Shown here piece after piece: positions 22,337 to 31,784 of a stretch of 32,719 bases of DNA. Source of the DNA: Desulfarculaceae bacterium. Lineage in GTDB: Bacteria; Desulfobacterota; Desulfobacteria; Desulfobacterales; Desulfobacteraceae. Made by a program: the position numbers and the translations under genes. The notes below the pieces were generated by a model. That model searched no databases, had not been told where the DNA came from, and saw only the letters and a list, made by a program, of their open reading frames with translations. The DNA is taken from positions 1 through 32,719 of the forward strand of contig JAIPEK010000001.1 of NCBI GenBank assembly GCA_021737205.1, given 5' to 3'. The first letter of the stretch is position 1; the number at the start of each line of letters is the position of its first letter.

Positions 22337-25300
22337 TCAACTGGACAGCGCGCGTGCCAGTTCACTTAAAATCTGCTTGGATTCCACCAGAGCGGTGGAG
22401 ATACTCTTTCGCTTTTTGCCGAGAATAACAGTCACCGTGTTTTTGCGGGGCGTGGAACAGGTAAAATTCTGACTTTTCAACACCGATTCCGCCGTTGAAA
22501 AATCCTTTACATGCCGGGTGGAAAAAACGAGCGTAAGCTGGTTGAAGGAAAGATCGAGCCGTTCGACTCCCGATTTGATCGCCAGCACCCGCAGCATGAT
22601 TTTCAAAAGCATATTCTCGGCCTCCTTGGGCAGTTTGCCGAACCGGTCGATCAGCTCGGCCTTCATTTCGGATATCCGGGAGAGCGAGTCTACCTTTGAC
22701 AGCCTCCTGTACATGGTCAGCCGCTGTTCCACCGAGCTGATATATTCATCCGGAAGATACGCGGACATGGAAATGTTGATCTCGGGTTCCAGAGGTTCTT
22801 CCACCTCGTCCCCTTTCATGTCCTTGACGGCATTGTCCAGAAGTTTGAGAAACATATCATAGCCGACCGCTGCGATGTGGCCGGACTGGGCCGCACCAAG
22901 GGCCGATCCGGAGCCCCTGATCTGAAGATCCTTCATGGCGATCTGAAACCCCGATCCTAAGTCCCTGTGCTCCATCAGCGCTGCAAGCCGTTTCCGTGCA
23001 TCCTTGGTAATCCGGCTTTCATCCGAGATAAACAGATACGCATAGGCCTGCTCTTCTCCCCTTCCGATCCGGCCCCTGAGCTGATAAATCTGGGACAGCC
23101 CGAACCTTTCCGCATTGTCGATGATCATGGTGTTGGCCGAAGGAATGTCGAGCCCGGATTCCACAATGGTGGTGCAGACGAGGACATCAATGGAATTTCG
23201 GATGAACTTGAGCATCACCTCTTCGAGAACGGACTCGGAAAGCCTTCCGTGGGCCACGTCGATTCTCGCTTCCGGGACCAGCTCCTCTAGTTTTTCCGCT
23301 CTTTTGGCGATGGTCTTGATGTTGTTGTGGACGAAAAAGACCTGCCCTCCCCTTTCCAGCTCTTTTCTCACCGCATCCGCCGTGACCGCATCATCGTTTT
23401 CGCAGATATAGGAAACGATGGGCTGCCGGTCCTCGGGCGCCGTATTGATGACGCTGATGTCCCGCAAACCGGTGAGCGACAGGTGAAGGGTCCTTGGGAT
23501 CGGCGTGGCTGTAAGCGCCAGAACATCAACGGTGCTGCGTTTCTGCTTGATCCGCTCCTTGTGCTTGACCCCGAAGCGCTGTTCCTCGTCGATGACCAGA
23601 AGGCCCAGCGAATGGAACGAGACATCTTTCTGCAACAGCCGGTGGGTCCCGATGACCACGTCCAGGGTGCCGGATTCCAGCCGCCCCAGAATCTCGTTCT
23701 GCTCTTTCCGGCTTTTGAACCTTGAAAGACACGCCACCGTCACCGGGTATCCGTCAAACCGTTCGGCAAAGGTTTTCAGATGCTGTTCAGCCAGAAGCGT
23801 GGTCGGCACCACCACCGCCACCTGCTTTCCGTCGTTCACCGCCTTGAATGCCGCCCGCAACGCCACCTCGGTTTTGCCGTACCCCACGTCGCCGCACACC
23901 AGCCGGTCCATGGGGACGCTGCGCTCCATATCAATGAGCACATCATCAATGGCCTGCTGCTGGTCCGGGGTTTCCTCGTAAGGGAACGAGTTTTCAAAAT
24001 CCTGGAAAAAATCGTCCGGCCTGCTGAAGGAAAACCCGTTCTGCACCTTTCTGGAAGCATACAGGTTCAACAGGTCACCGGCCAGTTTTTCCACCTCCTG
24101 CCGGGCTTTTGCCTTGGTCTTTTCCCATGTTTTCCCGCCGATTTTGTCCAGCACCGGGGTGTACCCTTCCACCCCGACATACTTTTCAATCACTTCCATA
24201 CGGTCCACGGGAAGATACAGCTTGTCGTCATCCTGGTAACTGATCAGGACGAAATCCTGGCGGATGTTTTCCACGCTGATGGTGGTCAGCCCTTCGTACC
24301 GGCCGATGCCGTGTTCCATGTGAACCACGATATCCCCGGTTTTCAGCTCTTCAGGGGCAATAAATTCGGATTTGACGTCCCGCCTCGCCCTGCTTCTCCG
24401 TCTGGCCCGTTTCGGGCCGAAAATCTCGGTTTCCGTGACAAAGGCAATCCGGTTTTCCCGGTCGGCAAAACCTGACTCGAGCGCTCCTGTAACGGTAAAA
24501 ACTCCGGGCTCCGGGCAGTCGAGAACCCCGGCTTCTTTACGGTCCGCAATCTCGATCCCGTAAGGCCCTAAAAGTTTCGCGATTCTTTCCCGTCCGCTTT
24601 TGCCGCTCACCACAAGGTTGGTACAGAACCCCTCATTCCGTTTTTCCGTCAGCCAGTCCGCAAGGGGTTTTAAAAGGAGTTCGGATTCATTGGCCGTTGT
24701 CAGGTTTGCTGCAAGTTCGGTATTGGCGGTTAACAAAGGCCCCATATCAAACACGGTGTCCTGCTCCGATAGTCCCTCCATGTCCAGTGTCTTGAGATAC
24801 ACCGGTTTTTGCTCCTCCAGCTTTTGCACAGCCGTATCATGCGGGATATATACGGAGCCCGGCTCCACACAAAGCCTTCCCCGGGACTTGACGTTTTCAA
24901 AATTCCGCACGGCCTGTTCTTCGAACTCCTCCGCCTTCTGTCGCTGAAGTTCCGGGGAGTCAACCAGGAAAAGAGCATCGGACGGGAAATAATCAAACAG
25001 GGTGTCAAGTTCCGGATAAACGATGGAGAGCATGCTGTCGATTCCGGCAAACCGTCCGTTTTCCCTGGTTTCTTCCACGTATTCCCGGATCACGGATTTG
25101 TCAAGTCCGGCCCTTCTTGCCTCCTGCCGGAGCCTGCCGAGAATATGGTCCATATACTCGGGTTCCACTACCGCTTCACCTGCCGGAATGATTGTGCTCT
25201 CGGTAATATCCGCCACCCCGCGCTGGGAGCCCGGGGAGAACAGGCGCATGGTTTCCGCCACATCCCCGAAAAACTCGATCCGCACGGGTTTTTCATCCAG

Positions 25301-25834
25301 CGGGGTAAAATAATCGATGATCCCGCCCCTGACCGCATACTCTCCCACATCCTCCACAAGGGAGGTCCGTGTATACCCGTATGCGTCCAGTCTTGAGATG
25401 AGATCATTCCTGTCAATCTCTTCTCCCGCCTGTACCAGTTCGGCAAAACCGGCCAGCTTTTCCCTGGGAATCACCTTCTGCAACAACGTGTCGACACTGG
25501 TGACCAGCATCAGGTTCCCCGATTGCCGGTTCATGAGGTTGTAAAGGACCCTGATGCGGCCGGCCGCGGTTTTCCCGTGGTAGGAAAGAGACTTGAACGG
25601 CAGGATATTGTAGGAAGGAAAAAATACCACCTCCTCCTGCTTCTCCGGCAGGAAAAACGATAGGAGCTCCTTGAATTTCAACGCCTCGGTCTGGTCCGGG
25701 AGGACCGCCACAAACGGGCGATCCGCCTCGGTATATAGGCCCGCCGCCGTATAGGCGGACTTTTCCCCGCCGGTTCCCGTTATGGAAACCGAATAATTCC
25801 GGTCATGGATAAACTGTTTGAGCTGCCTGAACAT
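22337..25834 (-). CDS. mfd: Transcription-repair coupling factor Mfd
   Basis: 1165 aa. UvrB-homology N-terminus, CarD/RID region (GDIVVHMEHGIGRYEGL), SF2 helicase motifs (CGDVGYGKTEVALRAAF, VIDEEQRFGV, LTATPIPRTL, QLRGRIGRG), TRG motif and C-terminal D7. Confidence 0.95.
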   Translation of the reverse strand: MFRQLKQFIHDRNYSVSITGTGGEKSAYTAAGLYTEADRPFVAVLPDQTEALKFKELLSFFLPEKQEEVVFFPSYNILPFKSLSYHGKTAAGRIRVLYNLMNRQSGNLMLVTSVDTLLQKVIPREKLAGFAELVQAGEEIDRNDLISRLDAYGYTRTSLVEDVGEYAVRGGIIDYFTPLDEKPVRIEFFGDVAETMRLFSPGSQRGVADITESTIIPAGEAVVEPEYMDHILGRLRQEARRAGLDKSVIREYVEETRENGRFAGIDSMLSIVYPELDTLFDYFPSDALFLVDSPELQRQKAEEFEEQAVRNFENVKSRGRLCVEPGSVYIPHDTAVQKLEEQKPVYLKTLDMEGLSEQDTVFDMGPLLTANTELAANLTTANESELLLKPLADWLTEKRNEGFCTNLVVSGKSGRERIAKLLGPYGIEIADRKEAGVLDCPEPGVFTVTGALESGFADRENRIAFVTETEIFGPKRARRRSRARRDVKSEFIAPEELKTGDIVVHMEHGIGRYEGLTTISVENIRQDFVLISYQDDDKLYLPVDRMEVIEKYVGVEGYTPVLDKIGGKTWEKTKAKARQEVEKLAGDLLNLYASRKVQNGFSFSRPDDFFQDFENSFPYEETPDQQQAIDDVLIDMERSVPMDRLVCGDVGYGKTEVALRAAFKAVNDGKQVAVVVPTTLLAEQHLKTFAERFDGYPVTVACLSRFKSRKEQNEILGRLESGTLDVVIGTHRLLQKDVSFHSLGLLVIDEEQRFGVKHKERIKQKRSTVDVLALTATPIPRTLHLSLTGLRDISVINTAPEDRQPIVSYICENDDAVTADAVRKELERGGQVFFVHNNIKTIAKRAEKLEELVPEARIDVAHGRLSESVLEEVMLKFIRNSIDVLVCTTIVESGLDIPSANTMIIDNAERFGLSQIYQLRGRIGRGEEQAYAYLFISDESRITKDARKRLAALMEHRDLGSGFQIAMKDLQIRGSGSALGAAQSGHIAAVGYDMFLKLLDNAVKDMKGDEVEEPLEPEINISMSAYLPDEYISSVEQRLTMYRRLSKVDSLSRISEMKAELIDRFGKLPKEAENMLLKIMLRVLAIKSGVERLDLSFNQLTLVFSTRHVKDFSTAESVLKSQNFTCSTPRKNTVTVILGKKRKSISTALVESKQILSELARALSS

Positions 25835-25837
25835 GAT

Positions 25838-27571
25838 CTATTTTACCGGAAAATACCTCGGGCTCCAGCACATCCCTTCCACAAGCTCTTTCAGCCTCTG
25901 CTCGTCCCGGTTGTGCCTGAATTCGGAAAAGGCGCAGTCGTTGTCCGCCACCCCTCCCTTGACCGCTTCCGCACCCACATACCGGGCCACCTTGAGGGAC
26001 ACCTCCCGCAAATCGTCCAGCTTCGGACAGAGAATGCCGTCGGCGATCTCCTCCTCGCTGATGAACTCGGCAACCGCGCGGGCTGCCGCGGAAAAAAACG
26101 TGGGAAGAACTTCGGTTGCGCCGGATGCGATCACCCCGAGTCCCACACCGGGAAACACGAATGCATTGTTCATCTGGCCGATCCGATAGGTTCGGCCTTC
26201 AAATTCCACCGGGTCGAACGGGCTTCCGGTGGCAACGAGCCCCTTACCGTCGGTCCACTCATAGATCTGCTCGGGAAACGCCTCGGTCTTGGATGTGGGA
26301 TTGCTCAGCGGCAGGATGACGGGCCGGTCCGTATTGCCGGAAACGGCATCCACCACGTCTTTTGTAAAACATCCCGGCTGGCCGGATGTCCCGATCAGAA
26401 CCGTTACATTCTCATTTTTCACTGCATTGGCAAGTGTGTTGTCTTCGGGATTATTCAGCCATTCAAGTTCCTGAGGATCCTTGGCGAACTTCAGCTTGTA
26501 TGATTCCGCGTCCCGGTCCGTGGTGACAACCCCCTTGGAATCGAGGGTGTAAATCTTCGCTCGCGCTTCGTCTTCGGAAAGTCCGTTTTCCAAAAGCTCG
26601 GTCAGGATCTGTTCGGCAATCCCGATACCGCCGGCACCTGCCCCGTGAACCAGGAACACCTGATCGGTGATGTTTTCCTTTTTGGTTTTCATGGCTGCAA
26701 TGATGCCGGCAAGTGCGATGGAACCGGTTCCCTGGATGTCATCGTTGAACGAGATGATGTCATGCATGTAGGAATCCCGGATGGTAAAGGCGTTCTGTTT
26801 GGAAAAATCCTCCCACTGGCAGAGCGCGTCCGGGTACACCGCCTTGAATGCTTTGGCGAACTTGCCCATGAACTCCAGGTAATCGTCCCCTTTCAGGCGC
26901 TCGTGGCGCCAGCCCAGGTACTTGACGTCATCGAGGAGCTCCTTGTTGTCCGTACCCACGTCCAGGGAGATGGGCAGGCAGTGCCATGGAGCGATGCCGG
27001 CCCCCTGGGTATACAGCATCAGCTTGCCAAGGCAGATGGCGATGCCGCCGGCGCCCTGGTCCCCGATCCCGAGAATTCCCTGGTTGTCCGTAACCACGGC
27101 GATTCGAATATCCTTATCCGAATAGTTGGCAAGGATCTCTTCTGCCCTGTCGATGTTGCCGGGATAAATGTGGATCCCGTTGGCCCTGCGGAACATGGAC
27201 GAATAATTTTCACAGGCCTTGCCCACCGTGGGGGTGTAGATGATGCTGAGAAAACGGGGAATATCGCTTGCAATCACCGCATGGGCCAGCACCACGTTCC
27301 TGTCGAAAAGGCTTCTGATATAGATGAAACGCTCTATATCGTTTTCTTTTGCATCAATGATGCTCAAAGAGGATTTGACCTGCTCTTCGAGATTTTTCAC
27401 CCTCGGCGGCAGAAAACCGTTGAGTTTGAGCCTGTCCCGATCCGCCTGGGTAAAGGCGGTCCCTTTGCTGATATTGTTGTATCTGAGAATGTCGGGTCCC
27501 CTCAGATTTATGGTCAGTCCGGTTGTTTCTCCGTAAACACCGTATTCAAATGTATAATTGGGGTTATCCAT
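25838..27571 (-). CDS. maeA: NAD(P)-dependent malic enzyme (large, SfcA/MaeA type)
   Basis: Collinear with E. coli MaeA: IYTPTVGKACE, VVTDNQGILGIGDQGAGGIAI, FNDDIQGTGSIALAGI, HGAGAGGIGIA, LPLSNPTSKTEA, NNAFVFPGVGLGV. Confidence 0.9.
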   Translation of the reverse strand: MDNPNYTFEYGVYGETTGLTINLRGPDILRYNNISKGTAFTQADRDRLKLNGFLPPRVKNLEEQVKSSLSIIDAKENDIERFIYIRSLFDRNVVLAHAVIASDIPRFLSIIYTPTVGKACENYSSMFRRANGIHIYPGNIDRAEEILANYSDKDIRIAVVTDNQGILGIGDQGAGGIAICLGKLMLYTQGAGIAPWHCLPISLDVGTDNKELLDDVKYLGWRHERLKGDDYLEFMGKFAKAFKAVYPDALCQWEDFSKQNAFTIRDSYMHDIISFNDDIQGTGSIALAGIIAAMKTKKENITDQVFLVHGAGAGGIGIAEQILTELLENGLSEDEARAKIYTLDSKGVVTTDRDAESYKLKFAKDPQELEWLNNPEDNTLANAVKNENVTVLIGTSGQPGCFTKDVVDAVSGNTDRPVILPLSNPTSKTEAFPEQIYEWTDGKGLVATGSPFDPVEFEGRTYRIGQMNNAFVFPGVGLGVIASGATEVLPTFFSAAARAVAEFISEEEIADGILCPKLDDLREVSLKVARYVGAEAVKGGVADNDCAFSEFRHNRDEQRLKELVEGMCWSPRYFPVK

Positions 27572-27681
27572 ATTTTTTTCTCTCTTTTCAGATTAATAGT
27601 ATTGTCTTAAACCAGCAGTTAGCTTATAACATATACGCAAATGGAATAAAGAAAAATTTTAAAAAACAGGAGCTGTATCCA

Positions 27682-28536
27682 ATGGAATCCAACCCGACCG
27701 TCTTTTTCAACGGCGGTTTCATGAAAAAAGAAGACGTGTGCATATCACCGGATGACAGGGGCTTTCTCTTCGGGGACGGGGTATATGAAGTCATCAAAAT
27801 TTACGAAGGTGAACCCTTTGAACTCGACACTCACCTGGTCCGGCTTGCGCGAAGCCTTGCCGAAGTCGGGATGAAAGAAATCGACAGCCGGCAGCTGGAA
27901 AAAGCATGCAGGAGCCTGATTGAAAAAAACGATCTTGCAGGCAGGGACGCTTCCTGCTATATCCAGATCACAAGAGGCGCGGCCGTAAGAAAACACCCGT
28001 TTCCGGAAAAAGAAACACCGCTCACCGTATACATGGCAGTAACGGCGCATAAAGAGGACGGACGGAAAAAGGAACAAGGCGTAAAGGTAATTCTGCGTCC
28101 GGATATCCGGTGGAACCGGTGTGATATCAAAAGCGTCTCTCTTCTGCCCAATGTGCTCGCCTGCCAGGAAGCCAGGGACGAAGAGGCGGAAGAGATTCTA
28201 TTCGTCAGGGACGGGGCCGTCACCGAAGGGTCCCATACCAATTTCTGCGCCGTGTTCGACAATGTACTGCACACCCACCCGGAAGGTCCGAATATCCTGC
28301 CCAGCGTCACACGGGACGTGGTGCTCCGGCTCTGCAGCCGGCTCGGGATTGAAACCAGACTCTACCCGGTGCTGGAATCCAGGCTGGAGAAGGCCGATGA
28401 AATGATGATCCTCGGCACCCACACCGAAATCACACCGGTGGTCCTGTGGGACGGCAAACAGGTGGGGAATGGGAAGCCGGGACCTGTCACCCGGAAACTC
28501 CAGGAAGCGTTTACCGCCCTTACACGGAACCGTTGA
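27682..28536 (+). CDS. dat: Class IV aminotransferase, D-amino-acid transaminase type
   Basis: RBS ACAGGAG. DRGFLFGDGVYEVIKIYEG, ITRGAAVRKHPFP, DIRWNRCDIKSVSLLPNVLACQEA, VTEGSHTNF, ITPVV are collinear with Bacillus D-amino-acid aminotransferase. Confidence 0.8.
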   Translation: MESNPTVFFNGGFMKKEDVCISPDDRGFLFGDGVYEVIKIYEGEPFELDTHLVRLARSLAEVGMKEIDSRQLEKACRSLIEKNDLAGRDASCYIQITRGAAVRKHPFPEKETPLTVYMAVTAHKEDGRKKEQGVKVILRPDIRWNRCDIKSVSLLPNVLACQEARDEEAEEILFVRDGAVTEGSHTNFCAVFDNVLHTHPEGPNILPSVTRDVVLRLCSRLGIETRLYPVLESRLEKADEMMILGTHTEITPVVLWDGKQVGNGKPGPVTRKLQEAFTALTRNR

Positions 28537-31159
28537 GGATGTTTTTCAGGACATAGTGGAGAATTCCGCCGCTTTTGTAGTACGCCACCTCCATATGCGT
28601 ATCGAGACGGGCCTCCACTTCAAACGCCACGGTTTCTCCACCCGGTTTCCGGGCAACCGCCTGCAGCCGTTTGCCGGGGCTGATATCGGAAATACCTGCG
28701 ATGTCAATCGTCTCATCTCCTTGAAGGCCCAGTGTGTCTGCCTCCTGCCCCTGCAGAAACACCAGCGGCAAAACCCCCATGCCCACCAGGTTGCTCCTGT
28801 GGATGCGTTCAAACGAGACTGCGAGAACAGCCCGGACGCCCAGAAGGTTCGTTCCTTTGGCCGCCCAGTCACGGGACGAACCGGTCCCGTACTCTTTCCC
28901 GGCCAATACAACCAAAGGAACCTCTTCGTCCTGGTACGCCACGGCTGCATCATACACAAACCGATCCTCCGGGCCGGGAAACATCCGGGTATACCCGCCC
29001 TGCTTCGAGGCAAGGTGGTTGCGGATACGGATATTGGCGAAGGTCCCCCGCATCATGACCTCGTGATTCCCCCTTCTCGAGCCGTAGGTATTGAAATCCT
29101 CCACCCGCACTCCTCTGTCCGTAAGATATTGCCCTGCCGGATATTCGGCCGGGATTTCCCCTGCAGGTGAAATATGGTCGGTGGTGACCGAATCTCCCAG
29201 CACCAGAAGGGTCCTTGCGCCGGTGATATCCCCGGAGTCCCTTCCCGATTCACCGATGGAATCGAAAAACGAAGGTTTCCGGATGTAAAGGGAATCCGGA
29301 TCCCAGTCAAACGTGGTGCTCTTTTCCACATTCAGATCATGCCACAGCCGATCCCCGTCAAAAATTTTCGAGTATTCATCCTCAAAAAACCGTTGTCTCA
29401 CATACAGGTCCACATAGGATTCGATCTCTTCGGCAGACGGCCGGATGTCGGCCAGATAAACCGGATGTCCGTTACGATCCTCTCCCAGCGGTTCTTTATC
29501 GAAATCCGTGTCGATCCTTCCGGCAAGGGCGAACGCCACCACAAGCATGGGAGACATCAGGTAATTGCTCTTGACCAGCTGATGAATCCGGGCCTCGAAA
29601 TTCCGGTTGCCGGACAGGACCGACGCCACGTTCAGATCGCCCTTTTTAATGGCACTGGCCACATCCACGTCCAGCGGACCGCTGTTGCCGATGCACGTGG
29701 TGCAGCCGAAGCCGGTGTTGTGAAATCCCAGGTTTTCCAGTCCCTCCATCAGGGAGGCTTCTTCCAGGTAATCGATCACCACCTTGGACCCCGGCGCAAG
29801 GGAAGTCTTAACATAATCGGGAACGGTGAGTCCTTTTTCCGATGCGTTTCTTGCAAGGAGCCCCGCGCCCATCATCACGTGCGGGTTGGAAGTGTTGGTG
29901 CAGGATGTAATGGCGGCGATCACCACCGAACCGTCCACGAGGCCTTCTTTTGAAGAGCCGCCTTTATCCTTCACCAGGCCGGATTTCCGGGTGTCCACAT
30001 CTGACAGGGTGATCCGGGCCTGGGGCCGAGCGGGTCCTGCAATCGACGGTTCCACTTCCGAAAGATCCACATCGATGACCTTCGAAAAATTCAAATCTTC
30101 GTTTCCGGCCGCCATGAATCCGCAGTGTTCGGCATACGCCATGACCCGTTCGGCCTCTTCGCCCCGGTTGGTCTTTTCCAGGTACTCCACGGTCCGGTCA
30201 TCTATGGGGAAGAACGCGGATGTGGCGCCGAATTCAGGGGACATGTTGGAAATGGTGGCCCGGTCCGTCAGCGACAGGCCGGAAAGCCCGGGGCCTGTAA
30301 ACTCGACAATTTTTTCCACAACCCCGACTTCTCTTAAGATCCGGGTAATGGTGAGCACGAGATCGGTGGCGGTCACGTTTTCCGAAAGCTTTCCGGAAAG
30401 CCTCACCCCGATGATTTCAGGCAGGTTCATGTAGTAAGGCCGGCCCAGCATCACGGCTTCGGCCTCGATACCGCCCACTCCCCAACCGAGAACCCCGATA
30501 CCGTTGATCATGGTGGTGTGGGAATCCGTTCCGATCAACGTGTCAGGAAAGGCGATTTTCCCGCCGGCAAGATCTTTCACCGACACCACGTCGGCAAGGT
30601 ACTCGAGATTCACCTGGTGGCAGATCCCGGAGCCCGGAGGGACCACCCGGACATTGTCAAAGCTCTTCTGGGCCCATTTCAGCAGCCGGTACCTCTCGCT
30701 GTTCCGTTCATATTCCTTTTTTACGTTCAAATCGAATGCGTCTTTTCTCCGAAAGTAATCCACCTGCACCGAATGATCCACCACAAGATCCACCGGCACC
30801 TCCGGATTGATCCGTTCCGGATCCATACCTGCATCTGCAAGACAGTCCCGCATTGCCGCCAGGTCCACGATGCCCGGAACGCCGGTAAAATCCTGCATCA
30901 GCACGCGGGAGGGAAAATAGGGAACCAGTACGGACCCATTGGTATTTTCCGAAGCGTAAAATCGAGCACAGGCTTTCACATCGGTTTGGGACACATAACC
31001 GGTATCCAGGTGGCGGATCAGGTTTTCGAGTATCACGCGTGCGGAAAACGGCAGTCTTTCCGGTGTATCCGCAATGCCGTCCGGCAGCCGGTTGATCCGG
31101 ACCGCCTCATATGTGGAACCGTTTGCCGCAAAAGAACTTGTATAGTCGGAAAATACCAT
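28520..31159 (-). CDS. acnA: Aconitate hydratase A
   Basis: About 880 aa. LPFSARVILENLIRH, MQDFTGVPGIVDLAAMR, GTDSHTTMINGIGVLGWGVGGIEAEA, ITSCTNTSNP, CTTCIGNSG, GSSRDWAAKG. The ATG at 31159 has AGGGAG 9 nt upstream; the ATG at 31198 is an alternative without an RBS. Confidence 0.9.
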   Translation of the reverse strand: MVFSDYTSSFAANGSTYEAVRINRLPDGIADTPERLPFSARVILENLIRHLDTGYVSQTDVKACARFYASENTNGSVLVPYFPSRVLMQDFTGVPGIVDLAAMRDCLADAGMDPERINPEVPVDLVVDHSVQVDYFRRKDAFDLNVKKEYERNSERYRLLKWAQKSFDNVRVVPPGSGICHQVNLEYLADVVSVKDLAGGKIAFPDTLIGTDSHTTMINGIGVLGWGVGGIEAEAVMLGRPYYMNLPEIIGVRLSGKLSENVTATDLVLTITRILREVGVVEKIVEFTGPGLSGLSLTDRATISNMSPEFGATSAFFPIDDRTVEYLEKTNRGEEAERVMAYAEHCGFMAAGNEDLNFSKVIDVDLSEVEPSIAGPARPQARITLSDVDTRKSGLVKDKGGSSKEGLVDGSVVIAAITSCTNTSNPHVMMGAGLLARNASEKGLTVPDYVKTSLAPGSKVVIDYLEEASLMEGLENLGFHNTGFGCTTCIGNSGPLDVDVASAIKKGDLNVASVLSGNRNFEARIHQLVKSNYLMSPMLVVAFALAGRIDTDFDKEPLGEDRNGHPVYLADIRPSAEEIESYVDLYVRQRFFEDEYSKIFDGDRLWHDLNVEKSTTFDWDPDSLYIRKPSFFDSIGESGRDSGDITGARTLLVLGDSVTTDHISPAGEIPAEYPAGQYLTDRGVRVEDFNTYGSRRGNHEVMMRGTFANIRIRNHLASKQGGYTRMFPGPEDRFVYDAAVAYQDEEVPLVVLAGKEYGTGSSRDWAAKGTNLLGVRAVLAVSFERIHRSNLVGMGVLPLVFLQGQEADTLGLQGDETIDIAGISDISPGKRLQAVARKPGGETVAFEVEARLDTHMEVAYYKSGGILHYVLKNILNGSV

Positions 31160-31266
31160 ATTGTACGCTCCCTGAAATTTGGATTCTCTTATTGCCATTT
31201 ACTCTAAAAGAAACTAATATAGAATTCATGAATGAATAAAACAAGTGACAATATAAGATTTTTGCC

Positions 31267-31578
31267 ATGCGAAATTATTTTTTGACCGGACTTTTTCTGA
31301 CAATGGTGCTTTTCGGACCGGTTCAAATCTCACGTGCCGCAGATGCCAACGAGGCGAAACAACCCCCTTCCCCCAACTGGACTCATCCGAAAATGCGGAA
31401 ATATTACCAGGGATATGAAAAGATCAGGAAAAAAAAATCATCTGCCTGGCAATACAAAACAAACCGGCGGGGAGGGAATATCAGAGGCGGTGGTACAACG
31501 GAATACGAGGATTACAGGCCGTTTTACCAGCCTTACCCGGTAAAAGGAGCCAAACGGAAAAACAGAAACAAAAGATGA
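31267..31578 (+). CDS. Hypothetical small secreted protein, very basic (Lys/Arg/Tyr-rich)
   Basis: Signal-peptide-like N-terminus MRNYFLTGLFLTMVLFGPVQISRAADA. The mature part is low-complexity and K/R/G/Y-rich. No clear RBS and no family recognised. Confidence 0.35.
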   Translation: MRNYFLTGLFLTMVLFGPVQISRAADANEAKQPPSPNWTHPKMRKYYQGYEKIRKKKSSAWQYKTNRRGGNIRGGGTTEYEDYRPFYQPYPVKGAKRKNRNKR

Positions 31579-31721
31579 TCGGCTCTTTCGAGCCCCTATC
31601 AAATAAATGTCAATCTTGGTTGACAAGCAAATCTGAAAACAATACCGAGCCTCTCTTGAAACATTGCGGCATATCCCTGTATAAAAGGCTTTTTGCACTG
31701 TTGCGGCCGTGCCGTTCGCTG

Positions 31722-31737
31722 TGGCATGATGATTGCT
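31722..31737 (+). promoter_or_regulatory. Candidate sigma54 (-24/-12) promoter upstream of the FrhB-like gene
   Basis: TGGCAT-GATGA-TTGCT matches TGGCAC-N5-TTGCW with correct GG-N10-GC spacing. It lies about 48 nt upstream of the ATG at 31785. Confidence 0.4.
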
Positions 31738-31784
31738 CTTGATATTGCCGATTCAGAACTGCAACCCAAGGAAGGAGGGGAGCT

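Noticed and set aside
22511-25834. Multiple 60-230-aa plus-strand ORFs across the mfd region
   Set aside because: All lie antisense or out of frame relative to a continuous 1165-aa Mfd with all helicase motifs.
25805-27610. 232-aa and 321-aa plus-strand ORFs over the malic enzyme gene
   Set aside because: They lie antisense to a malic enzyme that is collinear with E. coli MaeA over its full length.
28469-31207. Plus-strand ORFs (233, 259, 202 and 229 aa) over acnA
   Set aside because: They lie antisense to a complete aconitase A and have no motifs of their own.
31224-31233. 10-bp palindrome ATTCATGAAT upstream of acnA as a regulator site
   Set aside because: A 5+5 palindrome in an AT-rich 68-bp spacer is expected by chance at a non-trivial rate. 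It does not match a consensus I can name with confidence.
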